Part shown: positions 1 through 13,823 of the stretch, one piece after another
How the letters are laid out: each line of letters opens with the position of its first letter
Position numbering within the stretch: the first letter of the stretch is position 1
Assembly: GCA_964016885.1 (NCBI GenBank)
Contig: OZ024763.1
Location: forward strand, 22,258,001-22,322,000
DNA: 64,000 bases
Direction of reading: 5' to 3'
Source: Eledone cirrhosa
Lineage: Eukaryota
The notes under the pieces: model-generated
Told to the model about the DNA's origin: nothing
The model's input: the letters and a program-made list of their open reading frames with translations, nothing else
Database searches by the model: none
Program-made: the position numbers and the translations under genes

Positions 1-1078
1 CCCCTACACCGTTATTTTTGTACTATTTTATACTAAAACTATACTTTTATTCATGAATTTACATAATGGCTTCCCTAAAAAGAATTATTAAAGTGAAACC
101 CCCAACATCCCTTGGTGTGGTGGTGTGTTTGTGTGGGTGGGTTTTCTCTCCCACTCCTCCCTATACCTTTATAAATAAATTTTCCACTGTTTTACACTAA
201 AATCATACTTCATTTATTCATGAATATAGATAATGGCTTCCCTAAAAATATTATTAGAGAGAAACCCCAGCATCCTTTGGTGTGGTGGGTGTTTGTGTGG
301 GCAGGTTTTCTCTCCCAATTTTGATATCATTTTTTTTTAAAATTAATACCCTTTTAAATATATTTCCCAATGTTTTAAACTAAAATCATACTTTCAAATT
401 TATATGATTCCCCTAAAAAAATTATTAATCTGAAACCCCAGGGTCCCTTGGTGTGTTGTGTGTTTGCGTGGGTGGGTTTTCTCTCCCACTTCCTCCTAAT
501 ACCTTTATAAATAAATTTTCAACTGTTTTACACTAAAACTATACTTTATTTATTCATGAATTTATATAACGACCTCCCTAAAAAAATTATTAATGTGAAA
601 CCCCAGCATCCCTTGGTGTGGTGTGTTTTAGTGTGGGTGTATTAGCTCTCCCGCAAACCCCTACACCATTATAGATAATTTTGTACTGTTTTATACTAAA
701 ACTATACTTTATTTATTCATGAATTTACATAATGGGTTCCCTAAAAAAAAATTATCAAAGAGAAAGCCCCAGCATCCTCTGATGTGTTGTGTGTTTGTGT
801 GGGCCTCTTTTCTCTCTCCATTCATTTTTTTCTTTGTAATACCTTTATTTACAAATACTAAAATTGTATTTTATTTATTCATGAATTTACATAATGGGTT
901 CCCTAAAAAAATTATTAGAGAGAAACCCCCAGCATCCCTTGGTGTGTGTTTGTGTGGGCGTGTTAGCTCTCCCACTTTTAATATAATTATTTTTCTCCTG
1001 ATACCTTTACAAATGTTTGTTTTTTGTTGTATTCTACTAAAATCCTACTATATTTATTCATGCCATTTACATAATCCG
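1..1078. repeat. Degenerate tandem repeat, ~165-180-bp unit, about 6 copies
   Basis: Recurring ttattcatgaatttacataatgg-ttccctaaaaa...ccccagcatcccttggtgtg. Confidence 0.85.
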
Positions 1079-1204
1079 AAAACAGGTAACCCTGTCGTAA
1101 ATATGGTTACGGCAGTGGTGGAGAGGACAGGGGGATAGAAATAGCACGTGATATATATATATTTTTAGATCTATTTCTCTTGCTGCCACCCCCGCCTTCC
1201 TTTC

Positions 1205-2090
1205 TGATGGTGGTGATGGTGGTGGTGATGGTGGTGATGGTGGTGATGGGGATGGTGGGGATGATGGTGATGGTGGGGATGATGCTGATGATGGGGGTGA
1301 TGATGGTGGTGGTGGTGGTCGTGGTGGTGATGATGGTGATGATGATGATGGTGATGATGATGATGGTGATGATGATGATGGTGGTGGTGATGATGCTGAT
1401 GATGGTGATGATGGTGATGATGGTGGTGATGATGATGGTGATAGTGGTGATGATGATGGTGGTGATGATGGTGATGATGGTGGTGATGATGATGGTGATA
1501 GTGGTGATGATGATGGTGGTGATGATGATGGTGATAGTGGTGATGATGATGGTGGTGATGATGATGGTGGTGGTGGTGATGATGGTGGTGGTGATGGTGG
1601 TGGTGATGATGGTGGTGGTGGTGGTGATGATGGTGGTGGTGATGGTGATGATGGTGGTGGTGATGATGGTGGTGGTGATGATGGTGGTGGTGGTGGTGAT
1701 GATGGTGGTGGTGATGATGGTGGTGGTGATGATGGTGGTGGTGGTGATGATGGTGGTGGTGATGGTGGTGGTGATGATGGTGGTGGTGGTGGTGATGATG
1801 GTGGTGGTGGTGGTGATGGTGGTGGTGGTGGTGATGATGGTGGTGATGATGGTGGTGGTGGTGGTGATGATGGTGGTGGTGGTGATGATGGTGGTGATGG
1901 TGATGGTGGTGATGGTGGTGATGGTGTTAGTGATGGTGACAGTGCTGATGATGATGGTGGTGGTGGTGGTGGTGGTAACGATGATGGAGGTGATGGTGAT
2001 GATGGTGGTGGTGATGAAGATGATGATGGTGATAATAGCGATGACTATGACAATGATGATGATAATGGTGAAGGTATTGATGATGATGAT
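1205..2090. repeat. (GAT/GGT)n microsatellite
   Basis: Read directly from the sequence. Confidence 0.95.
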
Positions 2091-2098
2091 GTTCCTAC

Positions 2099-2203
2099 AT
2101 ATAATCCATACACTGCCACCAATTACGTCTCGGCCCCACTCCCCGGCAAAAATGACAGGATGGTCACGATTGGAATACCTGTGGTCACAGGTCTGCCTTG
2201 GGA
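2099..2203 (-). CDS. Candidate 105-nt symmetric (phase 1) exon
   Basis: Unique island between two microsatellites, with acceptor tttttgttattgtttAG and donor AT|gtagga. The open frame is PRQTCDHRYSNRDHPVIFAGEWGRDVIGGSVWII. Confidence 0.55.
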
Positions 2204-2219
2204 CTAAACAATAACAAAA

Positions 2220-2588
2220 ACTACCACCACTAGTCTTACTACTACTACTACTACTGCTAATAGTGTTACCACCACCACCACCACTACTACTATAACCACT
2301 ACTACTGCTAATAGTGTTACTACCACCACCACCACTACTACTATAGCCACTACTACTGCTAATAGTGTTACTACCACCACCACCACTACTACTATAACCA
2401 CTACTACTGCTAATAGTGTTACCACCACCACCACCACTACTACTATAACCACTACTACTACTAATACCAGTACTAATACTACCACCAATACTGCTACCCC
2501 TACTACTACAGCCACCATTACTGCTACCATTACCATCGCCACAACTACTACCACTACTACTAATATTAATAATTCTACCACCACCACG

Positions 2589-2622
<34 letters not shown>

Positions 2623-2712
2623 TTAGCATCACCACTATCACCATCAACACTACCACCAGCACTACTACTACCACTACCACCACTACTTCCACCACCATAA
2701 CTACCACTACGT
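2220..2712. repeat. (ACT/ACC)n microsatellite with a higher-order unit
   Basis: Read directly from the sequence. Confidence 0.95.
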
Positions 2713-2771
2713 CCATATCTTACTATTAAAACACATGATCAACAGCGTGAAATGAAATCAAATAAAACCAT

Positions 2772-3510
2772 CAGCTAATGACTTGCTAGAAACCACAGCT
2801 AAATAGGCCTCAAATCACAACAGCTAATGACCTGCTAGAAACCACAGCTAAATAGGCCTCAAATCACAACAGCTAATGACCTGCTAGAAACCACAGCTAA
2901 ATAGGCCTCAAATCACAACAGCTAATGACCTGCTAGAAACCACAGCTAAATAGGCCTCAAATCACAACAGCTAATGACCTGCTAGAAACCACAGCTAAAT
3001 AGGCCTCAAATCACAACAGCTAATGACCTGCTAGAAACCACAGCTAAATAGGCCTCAAATCACAACAGCTAATGACCTGCTAGAAACCACAGCTAAATAG
3101 GCCTCAAATCACAACAGTTAACGACCTGCTCGAAACAACAGCTAAATAGGCCTCAAATCACAACAGTTAACGACATGCTCGAAACAACAGCTAAACACCC
3201 CTCGAATCACAACAGCTAATGACCTGCTAAAGACAACAGCTAATGACCTGCTAAAAACCACAGCTAAACACCCCTCGAATCACAACAGCTAAAGACAACA
3301 GTTAAATAGGCCTCAAATCACAAAAGCTAATGACCTGCTAGAAACCACAGCTAAATATACATCAAATCACAACAGTTAATGAGCTGCTAGAAACCACAGC
3401 TAAATACCCCTCAAATCACAACAGCTAAATAGCCCACAAATCACAACAGCTAAAAAAAAAACTCAAACCACAAACCACTAAAAGCAACAGCTAAATAGCC
3501 CTCAAATCAC
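2772..3510. repeat. 49-bp minisatellite
   Basis: Unit cagctaatgacctgctagaaaccacagctaaataggcctcaaatcacaa, decaying rightwards. A related single copy lies near 30115. Confidence 0.95.
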
Positions 3511-4306
3511 ACGACTGTTTTGACCAAATATAATTCAACAATAACATAGTCCCCGGATAGAAAAGAGTCTTTGAATAAAACGATGGCAGTGTCATGGATG
3601 GAACGGCAATGATCAGAGGTGAGAGCTAGGTCATTGATGACCTAGGAGATATTTATATAAAGCGGTGGTGGTGGTGGTAGGAGAGGAGATAGTGAAATGA
3701 GGTCGCAAGTAACGAACTAAAATCACCAGTGGTGTGTGTGTAGGTATATATATATGTGTGTGTAGGTATATATATATATATGTGTGTGTGTGTAGGTATA
3801 TATATAATATGTGTGTGTGTATTTATATATTTGCGTGTATATATATGTGTGTGTGTATATATATATATATACATTTGTGTGTGTATAAATATATATATAT
3901 ATATGTGTATATATATATGTGTGTGTTTATAAAATATCTGTATGTGTGTATATTTATATTTTTGTGTGCGTGTATATATGTTTGTGGGTGTGTGGATTTA
4001 TATGTGGGTGTGTGTGTATTTGTGTGTAAATATATGTGTGTATGTGTACAAACACACACACATATATATATGTGAATGTGTGTGTGTGTGTATATATGAG
4101 GGTATGCATATGTACATATGAGTGAATGTGTGTGGTAGTTAAGTAGATATTGTTCATATGTATATATAGACATAAACATTTATAAATATATGGAGATAGA
4201 CAGATAGTTAAAGAGATAGATAGATATGTTTTCTTTTAGATAGATAGATAGATAGATAATCAACATACACAGACACATACATAGACACATACAAATGTAA
4301 ACTTAC

Positions 4307-4368
4307 GGTGCTCGCCACGCTTAAAATATTTAACATCACCATGATTCGGCAGGTCAGCGGCAAATATA
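4307..4368 (-). CDS. Candidate exon
   Basis: Unique island ending ACC|GTAAGT on the minus strand. It reads IFAADLPNHGDVKYFKRGEH (phase 2 to 1, weak acceptor) or, alternatively, ATG-initiated MVMLNILSVAST. Confidence 0.4.
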
Positions 4369-4416
4369 CTACTATTAGCATAAAATTTGTACATAATATA
4401 TATATATACATATATA

Positions 4417-4783
4417 CAGTTGTCCACAGTATTCGCGGTGTTTACGTTTCTAGATCACCCGCGAAGAGTTGAAAACCGCGAATATCGGACGTGGTCCATA
4501 AAAATGCCTATAAACGTCAAAATATAACGTAAAATATAATAAAATAAAATAAGATAAAAAAGAGGGACCGTCTTATGCGAAGGGTGCGTCCAATAGGCTG
4601 ACAAATACGGTATATTGTTATTAATAATTTAGCATTAATATTAAAAAGATATATATTGCCACGAAAAAAGCCATAAGAAAAATTGCAGAAGATATTTACG
4701 ATTTCGCGACTATGCGGTGGTTTCCACGAACAATTCTTAGTTAGGTTCTAATCTAAGGAAGATTCCGCGAATAAGCGGGGCTA

Positions 4784-4788
<5 letters not shown>
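4417..4788. mobile_element. pogo/Tigger-like MITE inserted in (TA)n
   Basis: Imperfect TIRs ta-CAGTTGTCCACAGTATTCGCGG and CCGCGAATAAGCGGGGCTAAACTA-ta. Confidence 0.65.
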
Positions 4789-4844
<56 letters not shown>

Positions 4845-4865
4845 TATACGTCAAGACAGAGACGG

Positions 4866-4896
<31 letters not shown>

Positions 4897-5074
4897 GGGG
4901 AATAGAGAGAGAGAGGGGAAAAGATAGATGTTTACGTTTGTAATTTGTAATGTACATTTTATGTGGGTGTAACGCGTGAGACTTTCATATATGAATGAAT
5001 GAATGAATGAACACACATACATTACATAAATATATATATATATATACACACACACACTCACACATATTACATTT

Positions 5075-5110
<36 letters not shown>

Positions 5111-5112
5111 TT

Positions 5113-5158
<46 letters not shown>

Positions 5159-5480
5159 TTACATTTTATATATATACACACACACACATTACATATATAT
5201 ATATATATATACATACACACACATTACATTTTATATATATACACACACACATTACATATATATATATACACACACACACATTACATATATATATATATAC
5301 ACACACACACATTACACATATATATATATATACACACACACACATTACACATATATATATAGTTAATAAATGAAACAAAACAAAACAGGAAACATAATTA
5401 CAGTTATATTAGGTTGACGTTATATACATATATATATATATATACATTATATATTCTATATATATATATATATATATATA

Positions 5481-5666
5481 CGTTATTCCGGGTTGAATCG
5501 GAGGTAACCACAGTAAGTAAGGTGCTCAATACATTGCAGAGTATAAAAGTTTTAATATAGATGAGATTCTACAGGACTAGAACTGTTTCATTCTTTAGAA
5601 ATCATCTGATGATTTCTAAAGAATGAAACAGTTCTAGTCCTGTAGAATATCATCTATATTAAAACT
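5481..5666. mobile_element. Penelope-like inverted terminus: 119-bp palindrome centred on a hammerhead core
   Basis: Arms 5548-5606 and 5608-5666 have one mismatch. The right arm reads CTGATGA...GAAACAGTTCTAGTC. A related copy lies at 49730-49857. Confidence 0.65.
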
Positions 5667-5811
5667 ATATATATATATATATATATTCTATTATATATAC
5701 ACATATATGCATTAAAAAAGGTAGAGAGGGAGAGAGAGAGAGAGAGGAAAGACTATTATAATAGGTTTTACCCAGAATTACATCCATTTCTCATATATAT
5801 GACGATGTGTT

Positions 5812-6340
5812 AGGGAGAGAGAAGAGAGGCGGAGGAGAGAGAGATGGGGTTGAGGGGAGAGGGAGAGTTGAGAGAGACAAGGGAGAGAAGAGAGAGAGGA
5901 GAGAGAGACGAAAGAGACGAGGGATAGGAGAGAGAGAGAGGAGAAAGAGAGATGAGGGAAGGGGCGGAGCGAGAGAGAGACGAGAGAGAGAGAGATGAGG
6001 GGGAGAGAGAGAGATGAGGGGGAGATGAGGGAGAGAAGAGGTATAGATGAGGAAGAGAAAAGAGAGAAGAGGTATAGATGAGGAGGAGAAAAGAGAGAAG
6101 AGGTATAGATGAGGAAGAGAAAAGAGAGAAGAGGTATAGATGAGGAGGAGAAAAGAGAGAAGAGGTATAGATGAGGAAGAGAAAAGAGAGAAGAGGTATA
6201 GATGAGGAAGAGAAAAGAGAGAAGAGGTATAGATGAGGAAGAGAAAAGAGAGAAGAGGTATAGATGAGGAGGAGAAAAGAGAGAAGAGGTATAGATGAGG
6301 AAGAGAAAAGAGAGAAGAGGTATAGATGGGAGAGAGAGCA
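5812..6340. repeat. Polypurine tract including a 31-bp minisatellite
   Basis: Unit agagaagaggtatagatgaggaagagaaaag at 6030-6325. Confidence 0.95.
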
Positions 6341-6519
6341 TGTGTTCGTATCACCTTGCTTCACCTCCGACTACTACTGCTACTACTACCACAACCACTA
6401 CAACTACTACTACTACTACCACAACCACAACCAGTACTACAACTACCACCACCACTACTACTACAACTACTACTACAGTCTGTCCAGGTGTTTTTTACAC
6501 ATGACCAATTGCTGTTGAC

Positions 6520-7215
6520 AGTGACTTACAAGTGACTGAGTATTTAAATGTAATTCTCAGGGAGATTCAGCATGACACAGCGTATATGTATGACAAGGTT
6601 GACTGACCCCATTGAATTTATAGGTACAGCTTTCGTTGATGATTTTTTTTAGAGGGGGGGGGGTCCAGCTGATTGAACTGGAGCAAAACCAAAGATGAAA
6701 CTGATTATGCTCAAAAATGTCGACGAGGATCGAACTCACGACCTGACGATCTAGACCAGACACCTCTAACCTTACCACTGACTCACGAACCTTGACTGAC
6801 GGTGGTGGGGTGGTGGTGGGGTATCTAAAAAAAGTCTAAAGTCTGTCTTGAACCCCGGAAGCTCATCAGGCCAGAGCTTATCCCGGTTTTCGTGGCGTTA
6901 AGCGACTGAAAGGAGAAGACTTCCCCCTGGACAGGACACCAGTCCATCGCATGGTTAAACCTCTGACTACTGCTGCTGGTACTCATTTTCAGCTGAGTAT
7001 CCTGGAGCAATGTGAAATGACGTGTTTTGATCAAGAACACAACACACCACCCAGTCCGGGAATTGAACCCAAGTTGATATGACAGTAATTCCAACACCTT
7101 AACCACTGGAGTGACATGAAATGACGTGTTTTGATCAAGAACACAGCACACCACCCAGTCCGGGAATTGAACCCAGGACATTATGATCGTAAGTCCAACA
7201 CCGCTAGGCCATGCG
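6520..7215 (-). mobile_element. Two adjacent degenerate CORE-like SINEs
   Basis: Reverse B boxes (gatcgaactcac, gaattgaaccc) and the reverse core ctggagcaatgtgaaat...tcaagaacac. Confidence 0.7.
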
Positions 7216-7409
7216 TTACCATTAAGAATGGTGTTAAATATACATCTTAGGGGCAGACATTCAGACATTCAGACAGGGAGAGGATCAGACAAAGGGAGAG
7301 AGAATCAGGTGTAGGAAAGAGAGAGCGAGAGAGATGATGGGGTGGCTAAACCTGATGGGTGCCTAAAAAAAGAACACTGGTTAGATGAATGAACGAGGGG
7401 GGGGGGGGC

Positions 7410-8630
7410 ATGAGGGTTGTGGGGTGGTTGTATGGCCGGGGAGAGGGGGGAAGAGCTGGGTAGGTGTGTAATGGTTGTGGGGTGGTTGTATGGACAGGGT
7501 GGAAGGGGGAAGAGCTGGGTAGGTGTGTGATGGTTGTGGGGTGGTTGTATGGACAGGGGAGAGAAGGGGAAGAGCTGGGTAGGTGTGTGATGGTTGTGGG
7601 GTGGTTGTATGGAGAGGGGGGAGAAGGGGGAAGAGCTGGGTAGGTGTGTGATGGTTGAGGGGTGGTTGTATGGACAGGGGAGAGAAGGGGAAGAGCTGGG
7701 TAGGTGTGTGATGGTTGAGGGGTGGTTGTATGGACAGGGGGGAGAAGGGGGAAGAACTGGGTAGGTGTGTGATGGTTGAGGGGTGGTTGTATGGACAGGG
7801 GAGAGAAGGGGGAGAGCTGGGTAGGTGTGTGATGGTTGTGGGGTGGTTGTATGGACAAGGGGAGGGGGGAAGAGCTGGGTAGGTGTGTGATGGTTGTGGG
7901 GTGGTTGTATGGACAGGGGGGAGAAGGGGAAGAGCTGGGTAGGTGTGTGATGGTTGAGGGGTGGTTGTATGGACAGGGGGGAGAAGGGGGAAGAGCTGGG
8001 TAGGTGTGTGATGGTTGTGGGGTGGTTGTATGGAGAGGGGGGAGAAGGGGGAAGAGCTGGGTAGGTGTGTGATGGTTGTGGGGTGGTTGTATGGAGAGGG
8101 GGGAGAAGGGGGAAGAGCTGGGTAGGTGTGTGATGGTTGTGGGGTGGTTGTATGGACGGGGGGGGGGAGCTGGGTAGGTGTGTGATGGTTGTGGGGTGGT
8201 TGTATGGACGGGGGGGGGGAAGAGCTGGGTAGGTGTGTGATGGTTGTGGGGTGGTTGTATGGACAGGAGGGAGAAGGGGGAAGAGCTGGGTAGGTGTGGA
8301 TGGTTGAGGGGTGGTTGTATGGACGGGGGGGGAGAGCTGGGTAGGTGTGTGATGGTTGTGGGGTGGTTGTATGGACAGGGGGAAGAAGGGGAAGAACTGG
8401 GTAGGTGTGTGATGGTTGAGGGGTGGTTGTATGGACAGGAGGGAGAAGGGGGAAGAGCTGGGTAGGTGTGTGATGGTTGTGGGGTGGTTGTATGGACAGG
8501 GGGAGGGGGAAGAGATGGGTAGGTGTGTGATGGTTGAGGGGTGGTTGTATGGACAGGAGGGAGAAGGGGGAAGAACTGGGTAGGTGTGTGATGGTTGAGG
8601 GGTGGTTGTATGGACAGGGGGTGGGGGGTG
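7410..8630. repeat. ~60-bp G-rich minisatellite, about 20 copies
   Basis: Unit gggggagaagggggaagagctgggtaggtgtgtgatggttgtggggtggttgtatggaca. Confidence 0.95.
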
Positions 8631-8699
8631 AAGGAGGAAGGAAAGAGCAGTCAGCTGAAATATTTACATTTCTTAAACTGCTGGTGACATCCCAATGTA

Positions 8700-9950
8700 G
8701 TGGCAGTAGTAGTAGTTGTGGTGGTAGTAAGAGTAGTAGTGGTTGTGGTGGTAGTGGTGGTGGTGGTAGTAGTAGTTGCTATTGTTGCAGCTATATTATT
8801 AGTTGTTACAGTTGCATTTGAAGTGGTGATTTTAGTAGTAGTAGTAATAGTGGTGGTGGTGGTGGTGGTGGTGGTGTAGTAGTAGTAGTGGTGGTGGTGG
8901 TAGTGGTGGTGGTAGCAGTAGTAGTAGTAATAGTGGTGGGAGGCAACGGTAATGTGATAAACATTGATTACTGCTCCTACTACTACTGCCACCACCACAA
9001 TTACAATAACTACTATCACCACTACTATAATTACAATAACTACCACCTCCACCACCACAATAACTACTACCACCACCACCACAATTACAATAACTACCAC
9101 CACCACCACAATTACAATAACTACCACCACCACCAGAATTACAATAACTACCACCACCACCACCACAATAACTACTACCACCACCACAATTACAATAACT
9201 ACCACCACCACCACAATTACAATAACTACCACCACCACCACCACCACCACAATAACTACTACCACCACCACAATTACAATAACTACCACCACCACCACCA
9301 CAATAACTACTACCACCACCACCACCACAATAACTACTACCACCACCACCACCACCACAATAACTACTACCACCACCACCACAATAACTACTACCACCAC
9401 CACAATTACAATAACTACCACCACCACCACCACAATAACTACCACCACCACCACCACAATAACTACCACCACCACCACCACAATAACTACTGCCACCACC
9501 ACCACAATAACTACTACCACCACCACCACAATAACTCCCACCACCACCACAATTACAATAACTACTGCCACCACCACCACAATAACTACTACCACCACCA
9601 CCACAATAACTCCCACCACCACCACAATAACTACTGCCACCACCACCACAATAACTCCCACCACCACCACAATAACTACTGCCACCACCACCACAATAAC
9701 TACTACCACCACCACCACAATAACTCCCACCACCACCACAATAACTACTGCCACCACCACCACAATAACTACTACCACCACCACCACAATAACTCCCACC
9801 ACCACCACAATAACTACTACCACCACCACCACCACCACAATAACTACCACCACCACCACCACCACCACAATTACAATAACTACCACCACCACCACCACAA
9901 TAACTACCACCACCACTACCACTACACATACTATTAACTCTACTACCACA
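8700..9950. repeat. (GGT/AGT)n followed by a compound (CAC)n-AATAACTAC repeat
   Basis: Read directly from the sequence. Confidence 0.95.
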
Positions 9951-9994
9951 GACACCCATGATATTTGATAGCACAAGCCAGGTACTTTTTCTTT

Positions 9995-12190
9995 ATGATG
10001 ATGATGATGGCTACAATAAAGATGATGATGATGATATTGGCTATCACAATGTTGACTATGATGATGATGATGATATTGGCCATCACAATGTTGACTATGA
10101 TGATGATGATGATATTGGCCATCACAATGTTGACTATGATGATGATGATGATGATATTGGCTATCACAATGTTGACTATGATGATGATGATGATATTGGC
10201 CATCACAATGTTGACTATGATGGTGATTATGATGATGATGATATTGGCCATCACAATGTTGACTATGATGGTGATTATGATGATGATGATATTGGCTATC
10301 ACAATGTTGACTATGATGATGATGATGATGATGATGATATTGGCCATCACAATGTTGACTATGATGATGATGATGATGATGATGATATTGGCCATCACAA
10401 TGTTGACTATGATGGTGATGATGATGATATTGGCCATCACAATGTTGACTATGATGATGATGATGATGATGATGATATTGGCCATCACAATGTTGACTAT
10501 GATGGTGATTATGATGATGATGATATTGGCTATCACAATGTTGACTATGATGGTGATTATGATGATGATGATATTGGCCATCACAATGTTGACTATGATG
10601 ATGATGATGATGATGATGATATTGGCCATCACAATGTTGACTATGATGGTGATGATGATGATATTGGCCATCACAATGTTGACTATGATGATGATGATGA
10701 TGATGATGATATTGGCCATCACAATGTTGACTATGATGGTGATTATGATGATGATGATATTGGCTATCACAATGTTGACTATGATGGTGATTATGATGAT
10801 GATGATATTGGCCATCACAATGTTGACTATGATGGTGATTATGATGATGATGATATTGGCTATCACAATGTTGACTATGATGGTGATTATGATGATGATG
10901 ATATTGGCTATCACAATGTTGACTATGATGATGATGATGATGATGATGATATTGGCCATCACAATGTTGACTATGATGATGATGATGATGATGATGATAT
11001 TGGCCATCACAATGTTGACTATGATGGTGATGATGATGATATTGGCCATCACAATGTTGACTATGATGATGATGATGATGATATTGGCCATCACAATGTT
11101 GACTATGATGATGATGATGATGATATTGGCCATCACAATGTTGACTATGATGATGATGATGATGACATTGGCCATCACAATGTTGACTATGATGATGATG
11201 ATGATGATATTGGCCATCACAATGTTGACTATGATGATGATGATGATGATGATGATATTGGCCATCACAATGTTGACTATGATGGTGATTATGATGATGA
11301 TGATATTGGCCATCACAATGTTGACTATGATGGTGATGATTATGATATTGGCTATCACAATGTTGACTATGATGATGATGATGATGATGATATTGGCTAT
11401 CACAATGTTGACTATGATGATGATGATGATGATATTGGCTATCACAATGTTGACTATGATGATGATGATGATGACATTGGCCATCACAATGTTGACTATG
11501 ATGATGATGATGATGATATTGGCTATCACAATGTTGACTATGATGATGATGATGATGATGATGATATTGGCCATCACAATGTTGACTATGATGATGATTA
11601 TGATATTGGCCATCACAATGTTGACTATGATGATGATGATGATGATGATGATATTGGCCATCACAATGTTGACTATGATGATGATGATGATGATATTGGC
11701 CATCACAATGTTGACTATGATGATGATGATGATGATGATGATGATATTGGCCATCACAATGTTGACTATGATGATGATGATGATGATGATGACATTGGCC
11801 ATCACAATGTTGACTATGATGATGATGATGATGATGATGACATTGGCCATCACAATGTTGACTATGATGATGATGATATTGGCCATTACAATGTTGACTA
11901 TGATGATGATGATGATATTGGCCATCACAATGTTGACTATGATGATGATGATGATGATGATGACATTGGCCATCACAATGTTGACTATGATGATGATGAT
12001 ATTGGCCATTACAATGTTGACTATGATGATGATGATGATATTGGCCATCACAATGTTGACTATGATGATGATGATGATGATATTGGCCATCACAATGTTG
12101 ACTATGATGATATTGGACATCACAATGTTGACTATGATGATGATGATGATATTGGCCATCACAATGTTGACTATGATGATGATGATGATA
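9995..12190. repeat. Compound minisatellite: constant ATTGGC(C/T)ATCACAATGTTGACTAT core plus variable (GAT)n, about 50 units
   Basis: Read directly from the sequence. Unit lengths vary in multiples of 3. Confidence 0.97.
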
Positions 12191-13049
12191 AGCTATCCGT
12201 GTGTTCTTGGTTATGATGGCTGCCAGCAAGAGAATAATTAATTGTTTCTACTTTAGGCACAAGGCCAGCAATTACCCAGTGTATTACTGGTACTTTATTT
12301 TATCGACCCCGTAAGGATGAAAGGCAAAGTAAATCTCGGCGGGATTTGAACTCAGAATGGCAAGGGCCGTAACTCTAAGCTGGAAAGCATAGCGTCCAAC
12401 CCTCTACCGATACTGCCAATCCACTGCCTAAGAGAATAATTTATAAACACACGCTAGTACTACTGTTGTTGATGTTGTTGCCGCTCTACACACACACACT
12501 TTCTATAGTGTGTAGATAAGTGTGGATATAGGTGTGTGTGTGTGTGTGTGCATGAGTAGGTCTATGTGTATGTATGTGTGTAGCTGTGTGTGTGTGTGTG
12601 CATGTGTAGGTCTATGTGTATGTGTGAAGCTGTGAGTATGAGTGTGTGTGTGCATGTGTATGTGTGTGTGTGCATGTGTGCATGTGTATGTGTGTGCATG
12701 TGTAGATGTGTGTGAGAAAGAGAGACATCCAGCTGGTGCTTGTCCAGGTTTCATTGGTGTTAAGTGACTGAGGACTGAGAGTACATGACTCCTTCCCGGA
12801 CAGGACGCCAGTCCATCACAAGGCTAACATCTAACTACTGCAGGTATTCATTTTCAGCTGACTATACTGGAGCAACATGAAATAAAGTGTTTTGCTCAAG
12901 AACATAACACACAACCTGGTACAGGAATCAAACCTATGACAATATGATTGTAAGTCCAACACCTTTACCACCAGGCCACGTGCTGTGCCATCACAAGGGT
13001 TGGACATAGCTAACAATTTTCCAATTCTAATTAGACATTTTTGGATAAC

Positions 13050-13092
13050 CTCCCAACCACAAGGGCGAGAACGATATATTCCACTGTATACC
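13050..13092 (-). CDS. Candidate 43-nt exon
   Basis: The acceptor gttcttggtgtcttttAG is strong but the donor AG|gttatc is weak. The phase 1-to-2 reading is (R)YTVEYIVLALVVG. Confidence 0.25.
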
Positions 13093-13823
13093 CTAAAAGA
13101 CACCAAGAACATCATCATCATCATTTAACCTTTTCATGACATCATGTTTCTAATGAAATACTCTCTATTTTAATTAATTAATGAATGAAGAATTTTGAAG
13201 GATTTACTAAAATTATTAATTATATCCCTAATCCACACCATAAAACAGCCATCCTGAAGCCACGACAAAAAGTACCCAGTACACACTGTAAAGTGGTCAT
13301 GTTGGTGACATGACAAAAAGCACCCGGTCCACACTATAAAGAGGTCATGTAGGTATCACGACAAAAAGCACCCAGTACACACTGTAAAGTGGTCATGTTG
13401 GTGACATGACAAAAAGCACCCGGCCCACACTATGAAGAGGTCATGTAGGTATCACAACAAAAAGCACCCAGTACACACTGTAAATGTGGTTGGCATTAGG
13501 AAGGGCATCCAGTCATAGAAACTAAGCCAAAATCAGTTCTGTGTGAGCAAAACACTGTCCTCTAACTTGGCTTTCTCACAATGGGACAACTCGCCTAACG
13601 TGGAAAATGGATATTAAATGATGATGATGATAGTGATGATTTCATTATTAAGAGGGTAACTTAATGTAAGGTTCTTATATAAAATTATGTTGGAAGATTA
13701 GAATTTAAATAGGAACTCTGCATTTCAATTAATTAATAAAGAATTTTGAGGGATTTGCTCAAAGTATTAATTATTTTTTTACTAAGATAGTAAGTATCTA
13801 CTGACTCTGACAATCCAACACCC

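Noticed and set aside
1180-2716. Met/Val-rich hydrophobic ORFs
   Set aside because: These are triplet microsatellite translations.
8651-9974. Gly/Cys/Tyr-rich keratin-like and Thr-rich mucin-like ORFs
   Set aside because: The compound triplet repeat is open in many frames, with no signal peptide or splice support.
9995-12190. CRISPR-like pattern of a constant repeat with variable spacers
   Set aside because: The spacers are only (GAT)n, there are no cas genes, and the context is eukaryotic.
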